A stretch of DNA of 64,000 nt from Cyanophora paradoxa CCMP329 (Eukaryota > Plantae > Glaucophyta): assembly GCA_004431415.1 (NCBI GenBank), contig QPMI01000671.1, positions 1-64,000 of the forward strand. Direction: 5' to 3'. The position numbers and the translations under genes are program-made. Of the stretch, positions 11,832 to 21,949 are shown one piece after another. The notes under the pieces are model-generated. The model saw nothing but the letters and a program-made list of their open reading frames with translations, did not search any database and had not been told where the DNA came from. The first letter of the stretch is position 1. The number at the start of each line of letters is the position of its first letter.

Positions 11832-14510
11832 ACGTTAAAGCATCTCAACGACCCTTCCCGCTCCCTTGGGCAGGCGGCCCTCGCCAAGCGGGAGCTGGAA
11901 TCGCCCGAAGCGACGGCTGTCCCGCCTGCGGCGACGGCGGGGGCGGGGGATGCGGCCCCCGCCGCCAGGCCCTCGGCGGGGGACGCGGCGCCGGCCCCGG
12001 GCCCCTCGGCTGAGGCAGGGGACGCGGCGCCGGGCCCGGGCCCCGCGGCTGAGGCAGGGGACGCGGCGCCGGCCCCGGGCCCCTCGGCTGAGGCAGGGGA
12101 CGCGGCGCCGGGCCCGGGCCCCGCGGCTGAGGCAGGGACGCGGCGCCGGCCCGGGCCCTCGGCTGAGGCAGGGGACGCGGCGCCGGGCCCGGGCCCGCGG
12201 CTGAGGCAGGGGACGCGGCGCCGGCCCCGGGCCCCGCGGCTGAGGCAGGGGACGCGGCGCCCGCCGCCTGCCCTCCGGTGGGGGCGGGGATGCGGCGCCC
12301 GCCGCCAGCCCCTCGGCGGGGGACGCGGCGCCGCCGCCGCTGGCCCGGCGGGGAAACAGGAGAACGGGAACAAGCGCACAAAGGCGCGGGCGCTGGCGGA
12401 GGCCAAGGCTCTCATCGATGCGGCCCGGGAGCGCCTCGTGGAGCTGCGTCTACGGGGGACAAGAGGCTGCAGGGCGACGGCGAGTCGCTCGAGTTTCTCC
12501 TCGACGGCGACCTCCCCGTCCTCGACCCGGAGAGCGCGCTCTTCACTCCGGGACCCAGTGGCAGGTGCCTCGCCCGCGCGCCCGCCAGCCGCGGGCGCCC
12601 CTCGCCGCCCCGCGCGGTCTCACGCCTTCGTGCGTCTAGCGAAGCGGCACTCGAGGCGGCGCTGGAAAAGGCGGTGCAGGTGATCGGGCAGGCCGATGTG
12701 CGGACGCTCGCCAGAGAGTCCATCCTCGCGGCCTTCAAGTCCGCCGACGTCGTGCAGCAGACGGCACGTGAATACGGTACGCATCCCCTGCGCCCGTCGC
12801 GTTCGGGGACACGACGCCGTCGCTGAACGCCCCGCCAGTCGGGCGGGCGGACCTCTTCGACGAGCTGAGGAGCGCCTACGCATACCTCGGCGATGATCCT
12901 GCCGGCGCCGGGACCCCACGTCCCGACTCCGCCAAAAAGCCCCGGACGGGATTCTCCTCTACGGCCCGCCCGTGCGCGCGCCCGCCGGCGTCGCTTCCTT
13001 CCTCGCCCCTCGCCGCTCCTAACCAGCCGGGCCGCTGCAGGGGACGGGAAGACGGAGTTTGCGAGCGAGCTCGCGCGGAGGCTGAACTTTGCGCTCCTGG
13101 AGTACGACCACACTCAAACCAGCAAATATGTGCGCGCTCCCGGAACCTTCGGCCCCACGCGCCGCCGCCGACGTTGCCCCGCATGCGCAGTACGGCGAGT
13201 CTGAGAACATCGTCAAGGCGTTCTTCGCCTTTCTCAAGCACTTCCCGGACGTCGTCTTCCTGTGCGAGTGCGCTTCGGCCCGCGCCACTCCATGGCCACG
13301 CCCGTGCCCCGCGGCCGTCCGACGCGCCGGCCCCGCCCGGCCCCGCAGCGAAGTCGACACGCTCTTCCCGAAGGCCGGCGCGTCCGGCAACGGGACAAGT
13401 TTCACAAGAACATCTCCGATCAGGTGCACGTCCCGAGGGTCGTCGCGATCGGCGACGCGCCCCGCCCCAGAGCTCACCGTGCCCCGCCCGCGGCCCGCCC
13501 GCAGTGCGCGAAAGGTATGTCCGCGCTGGCACGTGACCTCAGGGCACGTCGCAAGGCTGGCGCCGCGGGCGGCGGGCCCGTCTTGATCGCGGCGACAAAC
13601 TACCCCTTGAATCTGGAGGGAAAATTCTACCGTCGGTTCCCCAAGCAGTGCGCCGTACCCCCAACCCGAGGCCTCCGCCGCGCGGCATTCCGCCCTCTAG
13701 ATCTGACATCCGGGGCTTGCCGCAGCGTCTACATCCGCCCGCCCGACGCCGAGCAGCGGCGCATGTTCATCCTGAGCTTCATCAACGAGCTGGAGCGCGA
13801 GGCCATCGATCGATACCACCGGGAGCTCAGGCGGGTTGGGGGAACGGGCGTGCCGGAGGCGCTGGGCAGAGTTTTCCTGCCCGAGTGCAGCGCGAGAGAG
13901 AACGTCAACAAGCTCGCGTCCGACGCCATCTCGGGGGGCTTCACGTACCAAGTCTTCGAAGAGGTGTTCACGCAGATCCTCCCGAAGAAAAAGTGCGCGC
14001 AGCGCCTCCCGCTCCGCTCCGCGCGACGGCCGCCGTGAATCGGGCCGAAACGCGCGCGCAGGCCCTTCGACATCGATTACGGCACGCTCGAACAGGCGGT
14101 CCGCGAGGGTACAGTAAAGGAGATGCACTCGGACTCTCTCAAGCAGTGCGAGGCCGCTTTCAAGCTCGGCGCGGCGGACCGCCGGCCCGCCGCGGATGCG
14201 GTCACGTCCACGCAGGCGGCGGCGGCCGCTCCTCAAGGTCCGCGCCGCGGCGCCCGCGCGGCCTCCGCGCTCTGGGCCCCCTCCGACCCGCCCCGCCGTC
14301 GTGCGCAGAAGCCGGGCACATCAACGAATCCGGAGAGGCTCCCGCCGCGCCGCCCGACGCGGCGGGCTCCTCGAGCGCGAAGCGCAAGGCCGCCGGGGCG
14401 CCCGAGGGCGAGCCCGGCGCCCAGCGCCGGCCGTCGCCCAGGCGCCCCTCGCGCGCGCCTCGAGCTCGTCGCAAGCGCCGCGCCCCTCGGGCGCCGATTC
14501 CGCCGTCTGA
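11832..14510 (+). CDS. AAA+ ATPase of the classical Vps4/katanin/CDC48-like type (multi-exon; start unresolved)
   Basis: VIGQADVRTLARESI; Walker A GILLYGPPG|DGKT split by intron ~12973-13040; SK..YGESE pore loop; Walker B VVFLCD|EVD; sensor-1 LIAATNYP; arginine finger YRRF; VYIRPPD. Confidence 0.85.
11960..12260 (+). repeat. 39-bp coding minisatellite, ~7-8 copies (AEAGDAAPAPGPS)
   Basis: Repeated gctgaggcaggggacgcggcgccggccccgggcccctcg. Confidence 0.9.
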
Positions 14511-14745
14511 GCCGCCGCCGAACGTGCTCCCGTCCCCCCCCCCCCCCCCCCCTCCCCTCCCCCTTCCCCCCCTCCCCTCCCCCCTCCCCCCCCTTCCCCC
14601 TCCCCGCCCCGCCCCCTCCCCCCCTCTCTCCCCCCCCTCCCCCCTCTCCCTCCACCCCATCTTGACCTTTTTCCCTCCTAAAAGCCTGCAGCTGCCGCCC
14701 CGCCCAACCTCGACTGTACATGCCCCATCCGACTCGTGGCGTGGG

Positions 14746-15159
14746 ATGAGCACCGCTCCGCACGATGCCCCCGTACCCCCGCCGCCCGCCCCCGCCCACC
14801 CCTCGCCACCCTCCGAATCCCCATCCGAGCTCGTCGCGCGCCTCGGCCCCCGCCCCGTCGTCTACCTCCTCTCCTCGCCCCGGGGCCTCGCCTACGTCGG
14901 ATCCACCCAGAATCTTCTCCGCCGCCTCGCCGAGCACCTCTCGGGCTCGTCCAAGACCGCCTACACCCGCGGCCGCGGGCCCTGGGCCCTCGCCGCCGTC
15001 CTGCACGGCTTCCCCTCCAACGCCGCCGCGCGCGCGGCCGAGATGGAGGTCAAGCGGACCGCCTCGGGCGGCCCGCGCAAGCTCGCCAAGATGCGGGCCC
15101 TCGCCGCCGCCGATCCCCGCCTCGCGTTTGAGCTCGCGGACGGCGCCGCTTTCGCCTAG
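14746..15159 (+). CDS. Stand-alone GIY-YIG endonuclease (SLX1/YhbQ-like), ~137 aa, intronless
   Basis: VVYLL-SSPRGLA-YVGSTQNLLRRLAEH...AYTRGRGPWALAAVLHGFPS..AARAAEMEVK: conserved Y, YxG, R, H and catalytic E. Confidence 0.9.
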   Translation: MSTAPHDAPVPPPPAPAHPSPPSESPSELVARLGPRPVVYLLSSPRGLAYVGSTQNLLRRLAEHLSGSSKTAYTRGRGPWALAAVLHGFPSNAAARAAEMEVKRTASGGPRKLAKMRALAAADPRLAFELADGAAFA

Positions 15160-15439
15160 GCTCTAGATGCGTTCCTCGTCCCGTTTCGAATTTCCTTTTC
15201 TGTTTGATCCTGTTTGTTCGAGGCTGCCGGCCATCATGGCATGTGCCTGTTCGTTTCGAATTCCTTTCGGGCCTTGACCAAATTTATCATCCTACCTTCC
15301 TCTTCGATTCGACCCGCTCGCTCGCTCGCAAGTTTTATGATTGATGTTTTTATTTATAATCGCGTTGGTGTCCGGCCCCGATCGCGCGCATGTACTACGG
15401 TACTCGCCGAGTCGTCGAAATTCAATCGATATCGATATA

Positions 15440-17254
15440 TCAGATGAAGCCTGCGCATGCCGGCGCCTGCCTAGCTAGAGTTTCTCGCGCGGGCTCCTGC
15501 GGCACGCCAATCGCGTCGACGTCTCCGGATCCGGACCTAGATCCGGTGTCGGTGCCGGTGCCGGCGGCGGCGGCCGGCGGCGCCGCAGGCTCTGCGCCCG
15601 GCCCCTCCAGCTCGGCCGATCGTGAACAAGATCTAGAGCTCGAGACCGCCGAGGCGCTCGAATTCGGATCCGAGGGGGCGTAGGGGAGGGGAAAGATGCT
15701 GTACCCCGTCGCGCTGGGGATCACGATCGCTCGCTCGTCGGGGGTGAAGCGCACGCCGCGGTGCACGGCGACCGAGCCTTCGACGCGAAAGGGGACGCGG
15801 TAGGGCCCCGCCCGCAGGCCCCGCTGGGGCCAGAAGACGTCGACCGCGCTCGTACCCCGGCCGGCGGCGACCGAATCGTAGCGGGGGCGCCGGTAGAGGG
15901 CGAGGACGGAGCCGCGGCGGCTCGCGTAGGCGTACGTGCTCACGGGGACGCCAAACGTCTCGAAGAGATCGGGGCGGGCGGCCGTCTCGGCGACGGGCTC
16001 CTCGGGGTACCACGCCCCCGTCTTCGGGCTGAACGGCCTCCAGGAGGCGGGGCCCGTCGCGAGGCCCAGCACGTACGAGGACGAGTGCGAGACGCTCAGG
16101 TACGACTCGCGCCCGGGCGCGGCCCAGGAGGGGGGCGCGTCGGGGGTCAGGGGGACGAGGGACGCGACGCGGCGCCGCCGCGGCTCCCAGACGAACGAGT
16201 TGCGCTGGCAGGCGGCGAGCAGCCTCGCCTCCCCGACGGGGAGCAGGTAGCGCACGGAGACGACGTCGCGCAGCGTCGTGTGCGCGTCCCGCCCCTCTGA
16301 CTCGCCCGCGCAGAGGCAGCACCGCGCCGCCCACCACCAGTACCGGGTACCCCCGGGGGAGTGTACGACCCAGGGGCTGGCGTCGGGGGGAGGGGCCACG
16401 CGGGGCCAGGGGGCGCGGACGCAGAGGGCCCCGCCGGGGCCCGGCTCGCGGACGGCCACCGTGTTCGTGTACTCGAGCCAGAGGCGCCCGCGCTCGTCCC
16501 CCGCCATGTCGACGAGCCAGGCGTGCGAGTTGCGGAAGACGGGCTCCCAGCGCCCCGTCTCCAGGTCCACCACGTGCACGCTCTCGCTCCCCCCGACCGC
16601 CACCGCGACCCGGCGCTCGTCGAGGGCCGCTATGCGCCGCACGCGGCGGGCGGGGATGGCGGCCGCGGCGGCCCCCACGCTCCCCAGGGGCCCCGGCGTG
16701 GTGTAGGGCGGGCCGCCCCCCGGGGGCACGACGCGGTAGGTCCCGCGCCGGTAGAGGGCGACGCTTCCGTCGCAGAGGCCGAAGAGGATGCCGGGATCCC
16801 CCGCCGCGGGCCCCCAGCTCGGCGCCCCCGGCACGGGGGGCGCGGACTCGGGCTCGACCGCCGGCCGCTCGCCGGCGAGGACGGGAACGATGCGGTACCC
16901 GTCGGTCTCGTAGCTGTGGACGACGGCCCACTCGGCCGACGGGGCGAGCACGAGCGAGGCGCTCTCCCGGGGCCGCAGGGCGGAAACGGAGAGCAGCGGC
17001 GGCGCCCCGGAGGACCGGAAAAAGGGCGCCAGGTCGGCCGGTACGGTGCGGCGCGCCCGGTGCAGCGAGGGGTAGAGGCAGCGCGTCCTCTCCTCCGGCT
17101 CCACGTCGTCGAGCCGCCTCCGCGCGCTCTGGCGGCGCGCTCGGACGGCGGCGTAGAAGAGGGGGTCGCCGGAGAGGAGCACCGCGACCGCCGCATCGGG
17201 GGCCGCCGGCGGGGCTTCGGGGGGGAGGAGGTCCGCGGCCCGGCCCGCCTTCAT
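15440..17254 (-). CDS. Intronless 604-aa protein, probable beta-propeller (WD40/YVTN-like)
   Basis: Uninterrupted ORF with repeated strand-turn segments (ILFGLCDGSVALY, RVAVAVGGSESVHVVDLETGRW, LVDMAGDERGRLWL, VRFTPDERAIVIPSATGYSIFPL). The fold is inferred. Confidence 0.55.
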   Translation of the reverse strand: MKAGRAADLLPPEAPPAAPDAAVAVLLSGDPLFYAAVRARRQSARRRLDDVEPEERTRCLYPSLHRARRTVPADLAPFFRSSGAPPLLSVSALRPRESASLVLAPSAEWAVVHSYETDGYRIVPVLAGERPAVEPESAPPVPGAPSWGPAAGDPGILFGLCDGSVALYRRGTYRVVPPGGGPPYTTPGPLGSVGAAAAAIPARRVRRIAALDERRVAVAVGGSESVHVVDLETGRWEPVFRNSHAWLVDMAGDERGRLWLEYTNTVAVREPGPGGALCVRAPWPRVAPPPDASPWVVHSPGGTRYWWWAARCCLCAGESEGRDAHTTLRDVVSVRYLLPVGEARLLAACQRNSFVWEPRRRRVASLVPLTPDAPPSWAAPGRESYLSVSHSSSYVLGLATGPASWRPFSPKTGAWYPEEPVAETAARPDLFETFGVPVSTYAYASRRGSVLALYRRPRYDSVAAGRGTSAVDVFWPQRGLRAGPYRVPFRVEGSVAVHRGVRFTPDERAIVIPSATGYSIFPLPYAPSDPNSSASAVSSSRSCSRSAELEGPGAEPAAPPAAAAGTGTDTGSRSGSGDVDAIGVPQEPARETLARQAPACAGFI

Positions 17255-17659
17255 TCCGCCCCGCCCCGCTCTTCTCGCCCCCGGGGGCCAACGCGGATCG
17301 GGTCCCTTTTATTCGAGTCGATCGCACGGAGCGGGGAGGAAAAGGGGGAGCGGAGGTGGGGGGGGGGCGGGGGGAGGGGAGGGGGCGAGGGGGGAGGGCG
17401 CTGGGGGTGGGGCGGGGGCGGGGCGGGGGCGGGGCGCGGGCGCACGGCCCGGCCGCGGAGCGCGGTGCGGCTGCGGGCCCTCGGCGAGGGATCTGCGCGC
17501 GCCAAGGGAACCCCGTCGTCGCGACGTCGCGCCCGCAAGGCGATCAAGCGAGAGAGAGGGGGTACCGCGCCGCAAGAGGCAGGGGGTAGAGGAGTTTCAG
17601 GGGCGCCATGCGCCCCCGCGCCGATGGCCCAGGGGGCGCCGAAGCTCGCTCGTTCTGGG

Positions 17660-18495
17660 GCGTCGGGCGGGTCTCCAGGGGGGTGGGGTGGGGTGGGGCT
17701 GCCCGGGGGTACGGCTCGGAACTTTTGCGCCGCTCTCTCTCGGGGGGCGGCGGCGAGTCTCCAGAGGGGGGGGGGGGGAGGGAGGGGGGGGGTAGCTGGG
17801 GGTACGGCCGAGCTTCTAGCGTCGCCCTCTCGGGGCGGCGGCGAGTCTCCCGGGGAGTTGGAACGAGGGGTACGTGGGGGTACGCCCGAAATTCGAGAGC
17901 CGTTTGCTTCGAGGGGGCGGCGGCGAGTCTCCAGGGGGGGAGGGGGAGGGGCTGGGGTACGGTCAGAGATTCAGCGCCACTCTCTTTCGGGGGCAGCGGC
18001 GAGTCTCCAGGGGGGGGAGGGGGGAGGTAGGTGGGGGTACGGTCAGAGATTCAGCGCCACTCTCTCTCTCTCTCTCTGGGGGGGCAGCGGCGAGTCTCCA
18101 ATGGGGGAGGGGGGAGGTAGGTGGGGGTACGGTCAGAGATGAAGCGCCGCTCTCTTTCGGGGGCAGCGGCGAGTCTCCAGGGGGGGAGGGGGAGGGAGCT
18201 GGGGGTACGGTCAATATTATAGAGCTGTTTGCTTCGGGGGGCAGCGGCGAGTCTCCAGGGGGGAGGGGAGGGGAGTGGGGGTACGGTCAGAGATTAAGCG
18301 CCACTCTCTCTCTCTGGGGGGGCAGCGGCGAGTCTCCAAGGGGGGCGGGAGGGAGGCGACTAGGGGTGCGGTCAGAGATTAAGCGCCGCTCTCTTTCGGG
18401 GCGGCGGCGAGTCTCGGGGGCGGGTAGGGGGGTGTGGGGTACGGTCAGAGTTCTAGCGCTCCCCCCTCTCACCGGGTGTGGTGGCGAGTCTCCAG
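17660..18495 (+). repeat. Degenerate tandem array, ~11 units of ~75-90 bp
   Basis: Recurring ggcggcgagtctccag-G-run-ggggtacggtcagagat core. Confidence 0.85.
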
Positions 18496-18510
18496 AAGGT
18501 ACGAGGAGGC

Positions 18511-20435
18511 CGCTGGAAACTCGCCGCGCCCCCCTCAGGGCCCCGCTGCACGGGCGTGAGAAGCCGAGGGCGAGGGAGAGAAGGGGAATCCCGTACCCCA
18601 TCTCCAGACCCGCCCCTCCCCGCTGGAAACTCGCCGCGCCCCCCTCAGGGCCCCGCTGCACGGGCGTGAGAAGCCGAGGGCGGGAGAGGAGAAGGGCGGT
18701 CCCGTACCCCGTCTCCAGACCCGACCCTCCCCCGCTGGAAACTCGCCGCGCCCCCCTCAGGGCCCCGCTGCACGGGCGTGAGAAGCCGAGGGCGAGCGAG
18801 GAGAAGGGCGGTCCCGTACCCCGCCTCCAGACCCGGACCCCGCTGGAAACTCGCCGCGCCCCCCTCAGGGCCCCGCTGCACGGGCGTGAGAAGCCGAGGG
18901 CGAGGGAGAGAAGGGGAATCCCGTACCCCGTCTCCAGACCCGACCCTCCCCCGCTGGAAACTCGCCGCGCCCCCCTCAGGGCCCCGCTGCACGGGCGTGA
19001 GAAGCCGAGGGCGAGCGAGGAGAAGGGCGGTCCCGTACCCCGTCTCCAGACCCGACCCTCCCCCGCTGGAAACTCGCCGCGCCCCCCTCAGGGCCCCGCT
19101 GCACGGGCGTGAGAAGCCGAGGGCGAGCGAGGAGAAGGGCGGTCCCGTACCCCGTCCCCAGACCCGACCCTCCCCCGCTGGAAACTCGCCGCGCCCCAGT
19201 CAGGGCCCCGCTGCACGGGCGTGAGAAGCCGAGGGCGAGGGAGAGAAGGGGAATCCCGTACCCCGTCTCCAGACCCGACCCTCCCCCGCTGGAAACTCGC
19301 CCCGCGCCCCTCAGGGCCCCGCTGCACGGACGTGAGAAGCCGAGGGCGAGAAAGAGAAGGGGAATCCCGCACCCCGTCTCCAGACCCGACCCTCCCCCGC
19401 TGGAAACTCGCCGCGCCCCCCTCAGGGCCCCGCTGCACGGGCGTGAGAAGCCGAGGGCGAGTGAGAGAAGGGGAATCCCGTACCCGTCTCCAGACCCGCC
19501 CCTCCCCCGCTGGAAACTCGCCCCGCGCCCCTCAAGGCCCCGCTGCACGGACGTGAGAAGCCGAGGGCGAGTGAGAGAAGGGGAATCCCGTACCCCGTCC
19601 CCAGACCCGACCCTCCCCCGCTGGAAACTCGCCCCGCGCCCCCCTCAGGGCCCCGCTGCACGAACGTGAGAAGCCGAGGGCGAGCGAGAGAAGGGGAATC
19701 CCGTACCCCGTTTCCAGACCCGACCCTCCCCCGCTGGAAACTCGCCGCGCGCCCCTCAGGGCCCCGCTGCACGGGCGTGAGAAGCCGAGGGCGAGCGAGA
19801 GAAGGGGAATCCAGTACCCCGTCTCCAGACCCGACCCTCCCCCGCTGGAAACTCGCAGGGCCCCCCCTCAGGGCCCCGCTGCACGGACGTGAGAGGCCGA
19901 GGGCGAGCGCGAGAAGGGGAATCCCGTACCCCGTCTCCAGACCCGACCCTCCCCCGCTGGAAACTCGCCCCGCGCCCCTCAGGGCCCCGCTGCACGGGCG
20001 TGAGAAGCCGAGGGCGAGCGAGGAGAAGGGCGGTCCCGTACCCGTCTCCAGACCCGACCCTCCCCCGCTGGAAACTCGCCGCGCCTCCCTCAGGGCCCCG
20101 CTGCACGGGCGTGAGAAGCCGAGGGCGAGGGAGAGAAGGGGAATCCCGTACCCGTCTCCAGACCCGACCCTCCCCCGCTGGAAACTCGCCGCGCCCCCCT
20201 CAGGGCCCCGCTGCACGGGCGTGAGAAGCCGAGGGCGGGCGAGGAGAAGGGCGGTCCCGTACCCGTCTCCAGACCCGACCCTCCCCCGCTGGAAACTCGC
20301 CGCGCCCCCCTCAGGGCCCCGCTGCACGGGCGTGAGAAGCCGAGGGCGGGCGAGGAGAAGGGCGGTCCCGTACCCCGCCTCCAAATCTGGACCCCGCTGG
20401 AAACTCGCCGCGCGCCCCTCAGGGCCCCGCCGCAC
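18511..20435 (+). repeat. Tandem array of ~111-bp units, 17 full copies plus a partial one
   Basis: cgctggaaactcg starts at 18511, 18621, 18733, 18841 ... 20287, 20395. Two variants alternate (gagaaggggaatcccgtac vs ggagaagggcggtcccgtac). Confidence 0.95.
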
Positions 20436-21949
20436 GCGTACGGGCGCGAGAACCTCTGCAGCGGCGCTCGGCAAACGGAGTGCGAGGGGTCGTGGGACAA
20501 ACGCGAGCCGAGTCGCGAGGCGGACGGGCCGGCGACGGGCGCGCTCGCGGCGCGCGCACGCGCCATGGCCAGCACGAGTGATCAGGGTCGGGGCGCCCGC
20601 GGGCGGGGCGAGTGCCGTTCCTGCGGGAAGACGGGACATTCAACCAACGACCGTCGCGTCTCGAGCTCCCAAAGTCGCGACGGCGCGTCCCGCGCCGCTC
20701 ACCTCGCAACGATAACCGCCGCGGCGAGGCGGAGCCGCGCAGGCGGTCGAGGCGCTCCCTGGCGGACCGTTCAACGATGCGCGGCGGATCGGGGGCGATA
20801 GAGCACGTCCGGGCGTGCGGCTGCGCGGACCTCGTGACGGCTCGGCTCCGAGGTGCCTCGACGGCCGGCCAATCGTACTTTGTGGGTTCGTCGGCCTTAA
20901 GCTTTACGCACACTACAGGCGGACCGGGCATAGCACGATCCCTTGTACCCCGCCGCTGCCGCGTACCCCCGGGAGCTCTCGCGGCGAGATTCGTGTTTGC
21001 TGCGGACGCGGCCGGCCTGCTCGTCCACATTCGAGTGCTTCGACCGTGCTGTTCCCGGCGCCCCAACCCCCGAGCGCACCGATCGGCGCACAGCGAGCGG
21101 CCGGCGGCGCCTCGCGCCCCGATCCATCCCGATCGCTCTTCCCTCGCGCCCACGTGCTCCTCGATCCGTCGCAGCCCGCTCGACCGCGCCATCCGACTGC
21201 TCCCACGCGTTCCCGAGGACGAGGCGTGCCCGCGTGCGATTTCGGCACCGATTCCACCCGCTACGCTCTGACATGGCTCGCAGGAGTCGCAGCCGCCTCC
21301 CCCGACCCAGGCGCCCCGCGGCGGCGCCGCAGCCGCCCGCCCGCCCGCTCAGCGCGGGCCCCTGCTCCGCCACGGCGCGCGCTTCTGGCGCTTTGGATCC
21401 GGTCGCGGGGCGGGAGAACGCGCGGGAGGGGGCGCAGAGCCTCTGCGGGCGGGCGGTCCGTCGGTTCGGGCAGGCACGGAGGATCGGCGGGCTCCATCAT
21501 CCCCCGACCGCGCCCGATCGCGGGTCGGGGCGCTCCGGTTGTGCCCAGCACCGTCGGTGCGCTTTAAGCTCGCCCCTCCGGCCCCGCGCTGCCGCCCATC
21601 CCGTCCCGAGACCGGCCCCGCGCAGTTTTTTCGATCTACCCTCGACCCCGGCACCCCCGAGGCCCGCCGACCGCCTCTCCGCACTCTCCTTGTCATTCCC
21701 GATCGAACGAGGTGCGGCACGCCGTGGGGGTGCGCACAAAGTACCCGTACCCCCCCTCCCTCCGGAGCCGACCTTCGCCCAGGACCCCGTTGGAGTTTTG
21801 CCCGCCCTCTCGAGCACGGCGGATCCGATGGTGCGCACCGCGCCGGCTGCGTCCGCAAGCCTGGGGCGCTGGGGCCCGAACCGACCCCCGAGTCAGGTAC
21901 CCGGGCGCTTCCGGGGCCGGCCCCGCGGCCGAAAGGCCCCTCCCTCGCC

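Noticed and set aside
14746-15159. Penelope-like element endonuclease or host SLX1
   Set aside because: No adjacent RT, no RING domain, and the ORF is stand-alone.
18511-20435. CRISPR-like array
   Set aside because: No unique spacers: whole 111-bp units repeat with only two recurring variants. No cas genes, and the context is eukaryotic.
17874-20715. Long ORFs across the repeat arrays
   Set aside because: Translations of stop-poor tandem repeats on both strands, with unit lengths that change frame.
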